A stretch of 64,000 nucleotides of DNA from Yuukianura sp. NJ FZ-2021 (Eukaryota): assembly GCA_046563655.1 (NCBI GenBank), contig CM102290.1:11408001-11472000 (forward strand). Direction: 5' to 3'. The notes under the pieces were generated by a model that did not search any database, was not told the origin of the DNA, and worked only from the letters and a program-made list of their open reading frames with translations. Made by a program: the position numbers and the translations under genes. Positions 24,010 through 37,797 of the stretch are shown here, piece by piece (position 1 is the first letter of the stretch; every line of letters starts with the position of its first letter).

Positions 24010-26914
24010 ATGTCCATGTCATGTCATGTGTCCGGTCCGGAGTTCCGTAAGCATCAGCTTGGCATACTGGCTCAGCATCACACCTTTGTTAAGTTGATTA
24101 GTTAAAATGGATTAGTTAATTTTATACGGGAAGGTGAATTAAGGAAGTTGGTATTGTTTTATTTGGACAAGTTGACATTGATTGACCTTTATCATTCCTG
24201 CTCCAGTTGAAGTCAAAGGACAAGGCCTCAGACAAGGTGAATAAGCAGAAATTGAGAATTTGGATTGAGGTTTTTAAGAATTTTAATTAGCTAATTGAGT
24301 AGTATTACATTTTGCTTTTGTTTTACAGACATGACATCCGCTGCTTTGAAATCATTTCTATCACCTCAAAGACTTCGAGAACTGGTTCGCCGAGGTTATG
24401 ACCTTCGTGACCTTCCTCAATGGACGTCAAAGCTGATTTACTCTTCCTATTTCGAAGGATTGTCACCAACTACAGGCTATAGGGGGAAAATTAAAGACAA
24501 AATTGAAGTTAGCAAAGAGGAACTGGAAGACCGGATTCATGAAAGTCGACTGATCAACATCCCAGTGTCATTGCAGCTAGTGGCACCGGACCTAATTGCA
24601 GCTTCTAAACCGAATGTAGTACCGGAGAACACGGCTGATTTGGGTCAAAAGACGAAGCATTCAGCACTTCAGTTTCCCTACAGACAGTTCCGTCATGTCT
24701 TCAATGAAGGCACGACTCAAAGTACCAACGTAAAGCGTCAACGACGGCCTTTACTGAAACGTGAACATGAACGGAGTCCAGATACGTCCGGTGACTGGTT
24801 CCATGACTACGGTACTCCTGATACGACTGTCCCACCGACAGACATACCCTGTGGTGGATGTGGTGCCTTGCTTCATTGTCATGATACGTCGATTCCAGGG
24901 TTCGTAAAACATCAAAGTGGGAATGACATACGATCCATGTACGAATTGAAAACGTTTTTTTTCTTTTACAGTTATATCCCTAGTGAACGGATAAAGATGC
25001 TGAACAATGAAGAGTTGAAAGCGGAATTATGTCAGAGATGTTACTTCTTTTGTAATCATAATACAGCTCTTAAAGTCAACGTCTCTCCTGAAGATTATCC
25101 TAAAATTTTAGAACAAATACGGAACAAATATGCTCTGGTAATTCTTCTGGTTGACCTTCTCGACTTTCCATGCAGTTTATGGCCTGGGATGGTTGACATT
25201 ATTGGTTCAAAACGCCCTGTTATACTTGTTGGAAATAAAGTGGATCTCCTACCTCGTGATTCCAGCAACTACCTCCAACATCTCCGAGAATGCTTGGAAT
25301 TCACCGCCAGGGAGAACGGGCTCCAAGACACCAAAATTATCCATACAGCGCTGATAAGTGCCATCACAGGATTCGGAGTTGAGTCGCTTATTAGCAAAAT
25401 ATTTAACGCATGGGGGTTCAAAGGTAATGCTATTGGTGGAAAAGTACAATGAAGTGCTGGCAATATTCTATTCTGGAGTTCAATTAGTAAATAATGCTTT
25501 TGTACTTGATTATTTCAGGTGACATTTACATCATGGGTTGTACGAATGTTGGAAAGTCGTCTCTGTTCAATGCCTTTCTTCAGTCTGATCTTTGTAAAGT
25601 ACAAGTAATTGATTTAATACGACGAGCAACAATTTCTCCATGGCCAGGAACTACACTGAACCTACTCAAAGTAAAATTTTAAAAATTTATTATTGTCTGA
25701 TCATAAAGTTTATGATGTTGTTAAGGTTTGCTGAAAACTTTGATTTTTCCTTGTCAGTTTCCAGTTACCCGGCCCGAAAATTGGAGACTTGTTCTTCGAA
25801 ATAAACGTTTACGACACGACGAACTTTCATTGGCAGAAGCACAACATGAACGTGATACCAAATTACGAGAAACACAAAACCCAGTTTATGCCACATTGGT
25901 TGGACACATTGGAAGAACATTTCAAAATCAAGCCAAATTGGACCAATTGGAGAAAATAGAAAAAGTCAAAGACATTTTCCATGTGAATCCTTTTGCAAAA
26001 ACGGAAACCGAAGTACCACCAACAGAAGGACGCTGGAATCCGGATGATCCTCAATTTGCCAGAGGAAAGTGGTGTTTTGATACGCCCGGAGCTGTAGCAG
26101 AAAATCAGGTGAATATTTGAAAAACTCAATGAATTCAGTTTAATTATGGAGTTAATTAATTCAATTTATGTTTTTAGATTCTAGACCAATTGACTCTTGA
26201 GGAACTGATGTTGGCTCTACCCAAACAAATTCTAAGTCCCAGGACCTATTTACTGTATCCAGAGATGTCGCTATTTGTAGGCGGATTGGCCCGAGTGGAT
26301 TTGAAGGAAAGTTCGTCTGACCGCCCAATTCGACTGCTCGTCTTCACCTCTAACCATTTGGCAATCAATGTTGTTATGACCGAGGATGCTGCGGAAGTAT
26401 ATCGCCAAGTATGATTCTCATTTAACCATTTCTTTGTTAACTGCTAAAACTTATTGCTAAAACACGTTCAATTTCATTCCTACAGGGTCTGGGGACTCCA
26501 ATTTTTGGAATTCCGTTTGGAAGTGAGGAGCGATTGGCTCAGTTTCCGCCGTTGCAAGGGAAGACGTTCACATTGACCGGAAGTAACAACGAAGCTTGTG
26601 AAGCTGACATTGTAATTAGTTCCACAGGTATGACATAGTTAAATCTTTGGTAAATGACTTTGTAAATTCTGAAAACAGAGTAAGTTTTGGCTAAAAAGTT
26701 AACTTTTTTTGTCATTACAGGATGGCTTGGCGTTAACATTCGACGAGACCAAATGGTAACACTAGAAGTATTTACCCCCGGTGGTAAAGGCCTTTTCTGT
26801 CGCAGACCTTCGTTTCTTCCAAATGTAAAGAATTTACGAGGCAAGAAACTTCGTGGGAGCCTGAGCTACATACCACGAAAACCATTTGCTGGGAGAGTCA
26901 ATCTTAGAGGCTAG
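24010..26914 (+). CDS. NOA1: Nitric oxide-associated protein 1 (mitochondrial circularly permuted GTPase)
   Basis: [10 protein letters not shown]...CQRC zinc motif, [17 protein letters not shown] (G4), [12 protein letters not shown] (G1), [11 protein letters not shown] (G2), DTPG (G3). Core exons 24329-24899, 24972-25423, 25519-25670, 25758-26108, 26178-26408, 26486-26627, 26721-26914. Two small in-frame 5' exons (24010-24046, 24207-24236) are less certain; alternative start 24331. Confidence 0.93.
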
Positions 26915-27313
26915 TTCTCATCAAAAACGGCAATTAAAATGCAATGGATAGTCTTGTAAAACTCCTTCAGTGTCCAAACATCTCCGATTTTACAACTCAA
27001 TTGTTCCATTTATTTAGTCCTTTATGTTAGGTTGAGAATTCAGCATACGCTATAAAATATTGATTGTGAAACTATAACTTAACTTTGTTCAATCAAGCTG
27101 CTATGTGCGTGGGGTGGATATTAGTTCGGGGCGAGATACGAAGCGTTCGTTTGACGCTGTTGGTATTACTGATAAGGACGCTTTCGCAAAAATTTCTTTT
27201 CCATAAAACTACTTGCGGAGTCTCTCGTCGTTCATTCTGCAAATTCATCCCGAAGTTGGAACAAGTCCAACCAGGTCCATTGTAAAGTCATTCAAAGGTC
27301 AAGAGGTCACAAG

Positions 27314-28674
27314 ATGCCAGGTTGCAAAGAATCTAGCAACGGATTTACTCAGCCATCCGCTGCTCACCAAATCATCCACTTTTATGACACGGAGGTCAAG
27401 GGAATTGACAATGTCAATGCAAGTGACACTTCTTCCTACATGGCCAACTACAATGCCCATAAGCCAGGCATTACTGAACAGGAAATGATTGATGCCTACA
27501 CAGAATGGGCCAACAACTACGATCAGGTCAGGTCAACATTAGTATTTTCATGATTTCGAAATTTCGAAGTTTTGAAATTTTGAATTAATATTTTGAATTT
27601 TGTATAAATTATTGCTGAATAGTTACAATACTTGTTAAATTTAATTTCTGAATTCAACTTTTTAATTTTTAGGACCTTTGTCCAGGTCGATACAATGGAC
27701 CGTGAGTTGTGACCACAAATTTGAAAAAATTTGAAATTTGAAATTTTTTGATTTTTTAATTTGGCCAAAATTTTGTCATATTTTGAAACCTCGTAGGGAG
27801 ATTGCAGCGGACTTCATGGCGAAGCACTTCGAGTTGATGCGCGAACGTGAAACTGTTCGAATTCTGGACGTGGCTGCTGGTACGGGACGCGTGGGGTACG
27901 AACTGAGCAAGCGCGGATTCAAGTGAGTTTTAAAAAGTTTTTTTCAAAAACTGTTTTTAATTTCAAATTTTTAATAATTTTAAGAAAAATTGATGCTTTG
28001 GAACCATCAAGTGGCATGATGAAGATCCTTGAAGGACGAAACATTTACACAAATCAATACGAAACTACAATTGGACACAAGCGGTCACTCAGCATGCTGT
28101 GCCCAAGTAAACAAAACTTGTTTAGAAAATTTGAGTTCTTAGCAAATTTCTTTTTTTGCAACAATGAAACCTATTGAATTACTTTTTTAAAGTGTTTCCA
28201 TTGTTCTACTATGTCCATTGTTTTAGAACTGTACGACGCTCTCGTCGTTGCTGGTGGAATGGGAGAAGGACACATCCCGGCCAATGCTATTTTGGAAATG
28301 CTTCGACTCGTCAAATCAGGTTACATGTCTGAACCTACTGCAAGGTCATGACCTTAATTGACCTTTGACCTCACGTATTTAGGAGGGGTCATCATCATTG
28401 TCATGAGGGAGGAGTACTTGACCTATGTCTCGGAGTACATCAACAAACTGGAGCCATTGATGGAGGAGTTGCAGAAGAAAGGCTTCTGGACCAAAGTTTG
28501 TCACACTCACCCATGTTTTCGAAATTCGTTTTCAAAATTTCATATTTATAGCTTTTTAGACTTTGAAATTTTGAATTTTTGTAGGTGAGTCGCACCGTTG
28601 TTCCAGAGTACTCGTTCAACAAAAACGGAGTTGTCTTTGTCTACAGCGTCACTTCAGACGCTTTTCCACAATAA
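27314..28674 (+). CDS. METTL27: Class I SAM-dependent methyltransferase, METTL27/WBSCR27-like
   Basis: YTEWANNYDQD..Y.GP, ILDVAAGTGRVG motif I, IDALEPSSGM, YDALVVAGGMGEGHIP, RLVKSGG. Seven exons including a 29-nt exon at 27673-27701. Confidence 0.85.
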
Positions 28675-29117
28675 CCCTATGCATATCAATTGCATTCCGG
28701 ATTTTTAAGAAGTTTTGCTTTTCAAAGCATTTTCAGTTTTAACTTGCAATAAATAATGCACAAGAAAATTGAATTGAAAATCATGAAATTTAATTGGGAT
28801 TTTAGTGTTACTGTATTGTAAAATACGAATTACTTCTAAAGTTACTAAGTCTACACCAAATTTTCATCCCTGATGCACCCTAATTGTTCTAAATGGAACC
28901 CTTGCACTTTACTACTCTCCCTTCCTATTGTACTTTCCAAATAATTTTAAACTAATTAATCGATGAATTCCACAATTAATCCATTAATTCACTGAGTAAT
29001 TAAAATATTTAAATTCACTGAGTATTCAGACCGTGATTTCCAGTCTAGGACGCTCGTTTTCCCTTGGTGTAAATTCTCTCAAAATAAGTTACTAAAGCTG
29101 CTCCTTTTTAAATTTTT

Positions 29118-30291
29118 TTACGCTGTCTTGATTAATGTTAGTCTAAGCTCACTTAAGTTCTTAAGTTTCAAGGCCTTGAGGAACTGGGGTAAGAAATTCA
29201 TTAAGCAGCCTTCGACTACTGCCTCCTGGTAAGTAGTGACTCTTTCCAATCGAGGTGTCCATGGACTTAATCCTGTCACTATGCGACTCGTCATGACTGC
29301 AGTAGCGGCTAGGAGTGACGGTCGGCACTTTCCAGATTCAGTTTCTGAAAATTTCAAAAATTGAGATTAGTAATAGGTTAGGTTAAGGCTAAGGTCAACT
29401 GACCACTCAAAGTTATACAAGCATAATGAAATATTGGAAGGAAAAGCTTACCTTCCATGACAAGGTACATAAACTTCTTGGCAGTTTGTTGAATACAGTC
29501 AAATGCTGTAACGTACTTGGATCGATCGGGTCCTTTCTGGACAGCCATGTTGTTGTTGTTGTTGTTTTCGTCTAGCATGAAGTCCTTTGCTTCAATTTCA
29601 CTAGCCTCTACGGCAAAGAGTACAAAGTACTCGTAAATGTCGACGTATGTTGGAAACAGTAGTTTGTAGTTGAAGAAGTTGAGAACGATTTTCTCAACAG
29701 CCAGGAAGAGATGGACGGTATACTCTGAATCACTTGGAAGTAGGCGACTCATCGTTGCCATCTTGGGAACATTGTCTTGATTTTCTTCCAATTTGGCTGG
29801 AATAAGTTACAAATCAAAGTTTAGTTTTAGGAAAATATGCCTTGTAATAACTTGAACTTGAAATTTTGAAAGTTACCGGCCAAGTGTAGACAAACGAGAG
29901 CCACTAAATAGATTTGTTGCTCAGCAACGTCATGGCGGTCCATGAATCTATCGCAGAGGTACACTCCGAGGAACAGCGTTTTCCGCAGCAACCCGAGTAC
30001 TCCGGTGATGGTCTTCATCCAAACCATAACGGCACTGCGCATGTGTAGCTGCACAAAACATGTCCAAAAACATGTTTTAAAAAACCATGATGGTAAAAAT
30101 TTCCAAAAGTTAAATTTTTCACTAACCTGCGGAGATTTCCCTTTGATGAGCACCAGATTACTGTCTATTCTAAGCATTTCCGCAACGACCTCTTGAATCC
30201 TCTCTTCTGCCGTCTGTCCAGCGTCGTTCCCAAACGTAAAGCTGATTTCGTGTAGCCGAACACGCTCAACGAAGTCTAACGATGTCATCAT
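29118..30291 (-). CDS. CycJ: Cyclin J-like
   Basis: KGKSPQLHMR..LGVYLCDRFMDRHDV..QQIYLVALVCLHLAAKLEENQDNVPK matches the cyclin J cyclin box. C-terminal RPSLLAATAVMTSR....LSPWT..LERVT. Four exons. Confidence 0.85.
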
Positions 30292-30878
30292 GAATCCTTC
30301 CAGAACAATTGCACAGGATGAAATTGTGAACTTCTACGTGAAATGATTCTGGACACGAATTGGCAGAAGAGCTGCAGCGATGGCGCTGTCAACCGTGTGT
30401 AGGGCGTACCCTGCCAGTTAGCTGACCTTCGTTGCTAAAATGGCGGCATGTTCCGGTTCCGAGGTTAACTACGATAAGCTTAGCGAAATTTTAACTTGAA
30501 AACTACGCTAAAGAAAGTATAAAACTAATCGGAGTGATGAATGAGAAGGTTGACAGTAAAAATATAAAACAACTTTTTGAGAAGTTGAAACTACCAAAGT
30601 CTGAAGCTAAAAGAAACTCTAAAGAGTAAAAAGATAGAGATGATACTGAATCAGTATCAGACTGATACTGACAGTATTACTGATACTTCCTATGTCCAAC
30701 TTCAACCCACATTTATTGCCCTCCTTACCTTCCTTTTACTTCTGTGTTCTAAACCAACCCAGAATATTACAAGGATTAGACTAAGAATAGAGATAACGAT
30801 AACAACGGACAGAGAAATAGTAAGGGCCACGAAGAGATAGACCTTCAAGGGCCCGCTTCACGTCATTCCGGTCACTTC

Positions 30879-33800
30879 TCAATGCTGAATGATATCCTCA
30901 ACGGCCTTGACAATCGTAGTGGAGTCAATACCAAACATCTGAAGCAGAACTGCTGGCGGCCCAGAGCGTGGAACCTGAGTCAACACAACAAAAAATTACG
31001 AATAATCCCAGATCTCCAAATGAAAGACATGCTAAAATCAAAATATTTTTTTGAAACCGAAGGCATACCCCTGTAACAGCCAACTTCTTGACAACGATGT
31101 TCCGCTCGAGAGCAACCGCTGACTGAACAGCCTCACCCAATCCTCCTTCTGGATAATGATCTTCGACCGTGACAATTCGGCCACCACAGGCCTTGGCATT
31201 CTCAACAACCGCAGCCACATCCAGTGGTTTGATGGTAAATGGATCCAAGACTCGAATGTGAACGCCCTTAGCAGCTAGAACGTCAGCGGCTTTGAGAGCT
31301 TCATGCAACGTCACACCAGCGCCAATGACAAGAGCCACGTCTTTGTTCGACTGACGCACAACATTGGCCTTTCCAATGTGGAAGACGTGATCATTGGCGT
31401 ACAGCACGGCAGTGGCTGGACGAGAAGTCCGGATAAAGCAAATGCCCTTGGTATTGGCAGCAATCTCAACAGCATTTTCGGCACTCACGGCGTCAGATGG
31501 GTAGAAAACTGTGCATCCTGAAACCATAATTTACAACATTAGCAATTTTCTTTAGCAAGCAATAATTTTTGTTTACTCTGAAACTGCTTAAAAAGTAAAG
31601 CCCAATGTTACCTGGAATACTGCGGAACATAGCTATGTCTTCGAGGGCCATTTGTGATGGTCCGTCTTCTCCAATGCTCACACCGGCGTGAGATCCAGCA
31701 CAGTTGATATTTGCCTGAGAAATTGCTCCCATTCTTAGCTGAAACAATTCCACAAACTGTAAATCACAGATTCCGCGAGGAAATTGACACTCAATGAAGA
31801 TAAAGTAAGTACTTGATCGAATGCTCGGGTGAAGAAGCAAGCAAAAGTTGAGCAGAAAGCAACTGTGCGGTCGCGACAACTGATTCCAATGGCAATTCCG
31901 ACCAAATTTTGTTCGGCAATGTAACACTCGATGTATTGATCTGGTTTGGCCTACAAAAAAAATGAAACAGAGTACTGAAAAGTAATGAAGTAATATAAAG
32001 TAATGAAAATACACTAAAAATGAGTAACAACGTCGCTGGCTTTAATACCTTGAGAACCATTTCAGAGAAAGTGGAGTTCTTCGTATCTCCATCCAGAGCG
32101 ATAACGCGACTGTTGGCAACAGCCAACTTCTGAAGACTCGTGCCATAAGCCAGACGTGTTGCCACCAACTCGCCCAACTTGTAGTTAGGACGTTGAGACA
32201 TGCGTAGATTTGTTATTTCTGCAGGCGGTAGATGATCAATTGGTTTTGGAATGACGAGTTGATGTTTTCCCGGGTTTTTGATGGCGGATTGCAAGTACTG
32301 TTCAAAACATACGTCAATTACAAATAAGGAACCAAAGTAAAGCTTTGGGAAGCTAAGTCTGTGCGGTTTTTGCAGTGCTTGTCTACTAACTTTGATCACT
32401 TCTTCGGTATGATTTCCAAGCGGCTTTCCATGCCAGTTCTCAGCGTCCTCAATCCCTGGAAAGGACTTTCCCTTGTAAGTTTTTGCCAAAACGGCAGTTG
32501 GACGTCCTGCAGTAGTTCTTGCAGTGTGGTAAGCCTACGACATAAAAAAACACACACGTGAAATCGAGAATCAATACGCCAAAATCACGTGACCAAAACA
32601 GTTTCGTTTATCTTTACCTTGCAGATCTCTTCACAGTCATGTCCGTCAATAACGAGCGCATTAAAGCCAAATGCTTCTAACCGCTTACGATAAGTTTCCA
32701 AGTCATGACGAAGAGACGTTGGCTCACTTTGGCCCAATCGATTAATGTCAAAAATGACGACCAAGTTATCCAGTTTGTAGTGGCTAGCAAAGTTAAGAGC
32801 TTCCCAAACAGATCCTTCTGCACTCTCTCCATCTCCCACCAAGGTAAACACCCTGCAATAGAACGATTACATTAAAAGTTGAATAACACGTCATTAGAAG
32901 TGTGTTTTCATTAAAACAAAGTAAAACGAACCTGTAATTGGATTTGTCAATGTATTTTCCAACGTATGCCATACCAGCAGCAACCGACACGCCTTGTCCC
33001 AAAGATCCCGTTGCGACATCAATAAAGTTCAATCTCGGAGTTGGGTGACCTTCAAGGTCGCTGTCAATTTTCCTCAACTTCAACAAATCAGTGGTGGGAA
33101 AGAGTCCAGCCTCAGCCCATGCTACATTTCAGACAAAAAAAAACAGTTATGAGTGCCTTTCTAGATTTATTGCAACCAATTTAAACTTTTTAAAGTTGAT
33201 TACCAGCATAAAGAATCGGAGCAGCATGGCCTTTGGAAAGAATGAATCGATCACTTGCGGGATCTTTTGGCTCAGATATCTTGTAGCGCATTTCGTTGAA
33301 GAAGAGACATGACATCAGCTCTGCCATGGACGCACATGATGTCGGGTGCCTGAAATCAGTCAAGAGTTTGTTATATCAGTAAACACTTGAGTGTGGCTAA
33401 CAATTCAATTCAATCGAATTAAGGAAAATCTAAACTAAAACAAACAAAACCACGAGTAGCACTTCCCTACCCAGAGCCTGCCTCCGTCGTAGACTCTATG
33501 ACATGAATTCTCAGTTTATGAACAATGTCGTGCAATTCTTGCAGCTTAAATTCCGAAAACTCCATTTCGATTAACTCCGTGATCTACGTGCAGGAACAAT
33601 AAGTCGAATATGTTGACTTTACTAAAGTCAACGACAACTTTTCTAGTACTGATCAAGTATTGGCTCGTGCCGTGCGTGTTCGAGTGGAAATGGATTCAGA
33701 GTTATTGGAATTAATAATTAAGATCTCAAGATTTGCTGGAAACGGAAAGAAGTTATAAAAGGAATAAAAACAACTCAACCGCATCCATCAACGTAATAAG

Positions 33801-34185
33801 CCTCAACAAGTTTGGTTGGCATAGGAATGGTTCATGAGATTCTCATGATGAGAGTATTATAAGAAAGAGTGACCTTGAACTTGTCCTCACTCTTGGAACG
33901 AATGACCTTGGATTTCAAATGACACGCCGATCACCAGTCCTCAACTAACTGTGTTGCTGTTACAATGTCTTGACATGCATTTCGAATCTTTAGAAATAAA
34001 TTTGCCTTATCCTTTATCCTATCCCCTAGGATGCAAAGTTAACTGTTTAGACATTTGACATTGAGATTGACTTACCCAGAAGTACCAGCATTCGTGGATT
34101 GGATGGAATGAATCCGAAGCTTATGGGCAACGTCCCTCAATTCGGAGAGTGTCTTGGTTTCAGGTTTATGGTAATCACCTGTCAT
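30879..34185 (-). CDS. TKT: Transketolase (animal type) with two alternative N-terminal exons
   Basis: [44 protein letters not shown] (TPP motif), [27 protein letters not shown]. Multi-exon; stop at 30879-30881. Starts at ATG 34185 or ATG 33565. Confidence 0.97.
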
Positions 34186-37075
34186 GTCGGTAACTGTTGA
34201 AATTCAAAATTAAGTTGTAAAATAAGGAGATTGAGAGGAGTAATTGTATCGAGATCAGTCGTGGAATGGAGAGAGACACAGGCAAGACCGGATGATGAGC
34301 TCAGTCTGAAGCTGGAAATGAAACTGAAAGTGAAGTGTAGGAGCCGGTTTTTGGGCATGGTCTGTCCACTCGATCCGGCTCCTTCAGCACATCCCATTAT
34401 CTGGGTTGCCTACTTTGGTGGATGCATGGAGATAAATTGCTCAAAGTGACCTTGGCTTACCCTTCCTTTCTTCAATTCGCACAATTACACACTCGTACAC
34501 CTTGACAACTGATCAGCAGTGTAGTACCCCCAACTCGTCGTTCGGTAATTCGCAGTTAACCCTTGTCCTCAGTTCATCTGTATTAAAATACAAATCAAAA
34601 CAGTAAAAGCCAGCAAAATAGTCAAATTCACACCTTGAAACAAATCGGTTAGTAAACCGTTAGTAAACCCAGCCAAACCCTTACCAAAAGATAAACCTTA
34701 CGCAGTACGCGAATGTGTCTTAAGTTATTTGAAATCACTTACCAGTTACGAATAACCTAATTTAACGTTAATCGATGACGAATTATGTAGAAATCCAATT
34801 TAGTATAGTGGTAAACAAACGCAAAGGAAAAGAAATGTGTTCAAGTTGTTTGGTTAAAATAAGGTTTAACGATTGTCATTGTAGTAGCACAGTGTAACGA
34901 CTTCGGTCATCTTGTGTGGCTACAATAGGCGGCTAGACCTATGCATCGTTTGTAACCCTTGAAGTCAAAAAAAAAATAACCCAAAGCGGCAACATCAGTA
35001 GCCACATAGCGTAGCCATCTAACTTTAGCTGCAAAGTGGTTACACCCTATGGCTGCAGTGAAGACATTTAAACCTTACTTCAACCATTTGTTTAATGGAG
35101 ATTTCAATGTCACGTGACTTTGAAATTCGCGCAGTTGGAAGCACAAGTAACGCTATTTTCGTCACTTTCAAAACGACATGAAACGGAAAACCAAACGTAT
35201 CGTTTTGAAAAGTGGAACGACTTAAATCCTTAGCTACTTAGCAATCAGACAACATCAAAATTTCGAATCATTCTCAAAATTTAAAAAATATGCTGTGTGT
35301 TCCCATTAATGCCAAATTCTGAAGTAATTATGAATCCTTTCGGTACAAACTGTGAATTTAAAACAAAAGTTGTTTAAATCGTTGAAGTGGTGCTCCTTGA
35401 ATGTCCAGCTTGTAACATGGTTTATGGACATGAAAATGACATGATTCAGCATTTAAAACCACCTTCCATGTTAATGCTATGCATGACAGTGTTAAATGGT
35501 CAAGTGACTCATAGAGTTAAAGTAGAGGTCAACAACTAAACCAGCAGAAGAGGAAGCTGGAGCATGCAGTGGATGATGGATGACCTCCTGTAACCCCATT
35601 GCACTACTGCCTGGACCCATGAAAAAATTATGCTTAGAAATTGTTGTAGTAATTAGTATTCGATTAAATTGGCCTAGCTAATACTGCCACTTTGAACAAA
35701 TTTTGTTCAAAGTGTAGTCAATTTTCAAAACTTATTGAAAACGGCATTATGAGAATGCCCAGATCACAAGTTCTACCAGAACTTTCTCTGCTGTCCACGC
35801 AGAGATTACCCAACATTGCGTATACGCTAATCTTAGTAATTTCGCTTAGTTAGTGTTTTGATAGTTGAAAATCAGAATTACTTTAGTTAGTCGGGATCAT
35901 TAGTACCGTCGGGAAATCTAACTCATGTGATTTATAAAAAATTGTACTTTGAAAATCCCATGATGATGATGGGAACATGGACATAAAAATACTTCCAGGA
36001 AGTCTTGCCATTGAATTGATGAGTGAACTTATACAATGATGAGAAACTATTAACTTTTTTTGCAAAGCTTCTTGGCGTCGTTTGCAAATCCAGAATGGCA
36101 AAACAATCACCACAAAGGATGTGCAAAAAAATCGCCATTCGTAACTTGTTTTGCACCGAACCATATCCTACCAACGGAACAAAGTGCATGTCCAGCCCAA
36201 GTTGGTCCATGGAATGGTAGCGAAACTACCATTAGCACTTGTCATATTCGTCATTCTAATAACTTGTGTACTTAGACTTACACTGGAAATTGCTACTGTT
36301 CTATTTTTGTGTGTACGTAGTTTGCAAAATACCGCAAATACGCCTGTGACTTGTGACATAAAATGAAATGACGTAGGCTTGTCTCTTCCGTTTATGACTT
36401 CATCAAAATTTAAATCCAATGTGCTTGTCATTAACGCATGTTTTACAAACATTAAAATTGCAGTTTTTACGCTTTTTTGTTTAGCAATTTTGTTGCTATT
36501 CAGACTTTTAAACCATCACGGGAAGATTCCAGTTTTCCTCCAAAGTAGAAACCTCTTTTGGAAAATCACAAAGAAAATTAAGTTAAAGATTCAGCATACG
36601 GTAAAACATTAAGAAACAAAATAACACTTTATAACGCAACAAGCATGATCATGACTTGACGTTAGTTGCAATGTGTTTTTTTTAGAAGGTCAAAGGTGAA
36701 ACCAATAACGGCCCCTGGAGCAGACACATTCAAGTGGAAAATTGAGTCACGCGGAGTTCAAAATGAATTTATCTGAGCTGTTGCTGGAACCTCCTCTTGT
36801 CTGCGTGTGACCAAACGACCAAAGATTTAAAACTTAAACTTAGGAGAGCTAAAGATAACTTCTGCGTTTACTAACCAGTGTAGCCGCAGGATTCGCATCT
36901 TCCCGCAATAATAACGCTTGTTGGCAAAACGGTTGCAGATTATTACGCATGTGATTTCGCACGCTCGTGAATCAAACGTTTTGTTTAGGCATTTTGACTA
37001 GGAAGGATACGACATATAAGGGATTATTTTTCCCTCTTTCCAAAAGTTAACGCAGACAGACAGACAAGAGTAGTA

Positions 37076-37797
37076 CCGTATTTTCTCGCCTATAAGCCGC
37101 TCTCGCGTATAAGCCGCAGTCTCAAAACCGTATATGCATGTGAGAGCAGGAAAAACAGGGGTATGAAACAAAAAGATTTTTGCTCATCAGCGCTTTAAAT
37201 TTTGTTTTTAAAATACAACCAAGGAGTTCCATAATTTCTACTCGTTTTTCAATTTAAAACTTTAATTTTAAATTACTTTTAATTTTCAATTTAAAATGTA
37301 ATTTTTAAATTTTAACAGTTTAAACCGAAGAACCTCGGCATTTTTCAAAAAACCGAAAACAGAAGAGAAGGTTCTCATTTAGGCAAAACTCCGGTTTAAG
37401 CTATAGGAAAAAGTCCATTTTACTTCATTTTATTTCATGCTATTGGTCAAGGTCGGCTTCTTTATGTGCCGGAAAGTTTCATTTAGTCTTAAATAAATTT
37501 AAATTCAATTAAATGAATTAAATAAATTTGAAAAGACTTAAACAAAGTTAAATTCATCTTGAACCTTTCATCTTCTGCGTTCATTTAAGGTTTATTTATG
37601 TCGGGTGATCTGCTCGACGAATCTAATGAGCGAGCAATAGATTAATGTTTAGTTTAGTCTTAGAAAGGGCCTCAAAACATAGTTTTATGCATTATTAACA
37701 ATGGTTTTTGACGAATTTCGGGGGAAAAAATTTCTCCTCATTCCAAATTTTCTGAAAATTCACAGATAAGCCGCGGCTTATCTGCGAGAAAATACGG
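37076..37797. mobile_element. 722-bp Tc1/mariner(pogo)-type MITE
   Basis: 25-bp TIRs CCGTATTTTCTCGC(CT/AG)ATAAGCCGC with 2 mismatches. TA duplication at 37074-37075 and 37798-37799. Sub-terminal ATAAGCCGC repeats; no coding capacity. Confidence 0.9.

Noticed and set aside
35883..36612. Cluster of overlapping ORFs on both strands
   Set aside because: No coherent product in any frame and stops interrupt all frames; cannot be called.
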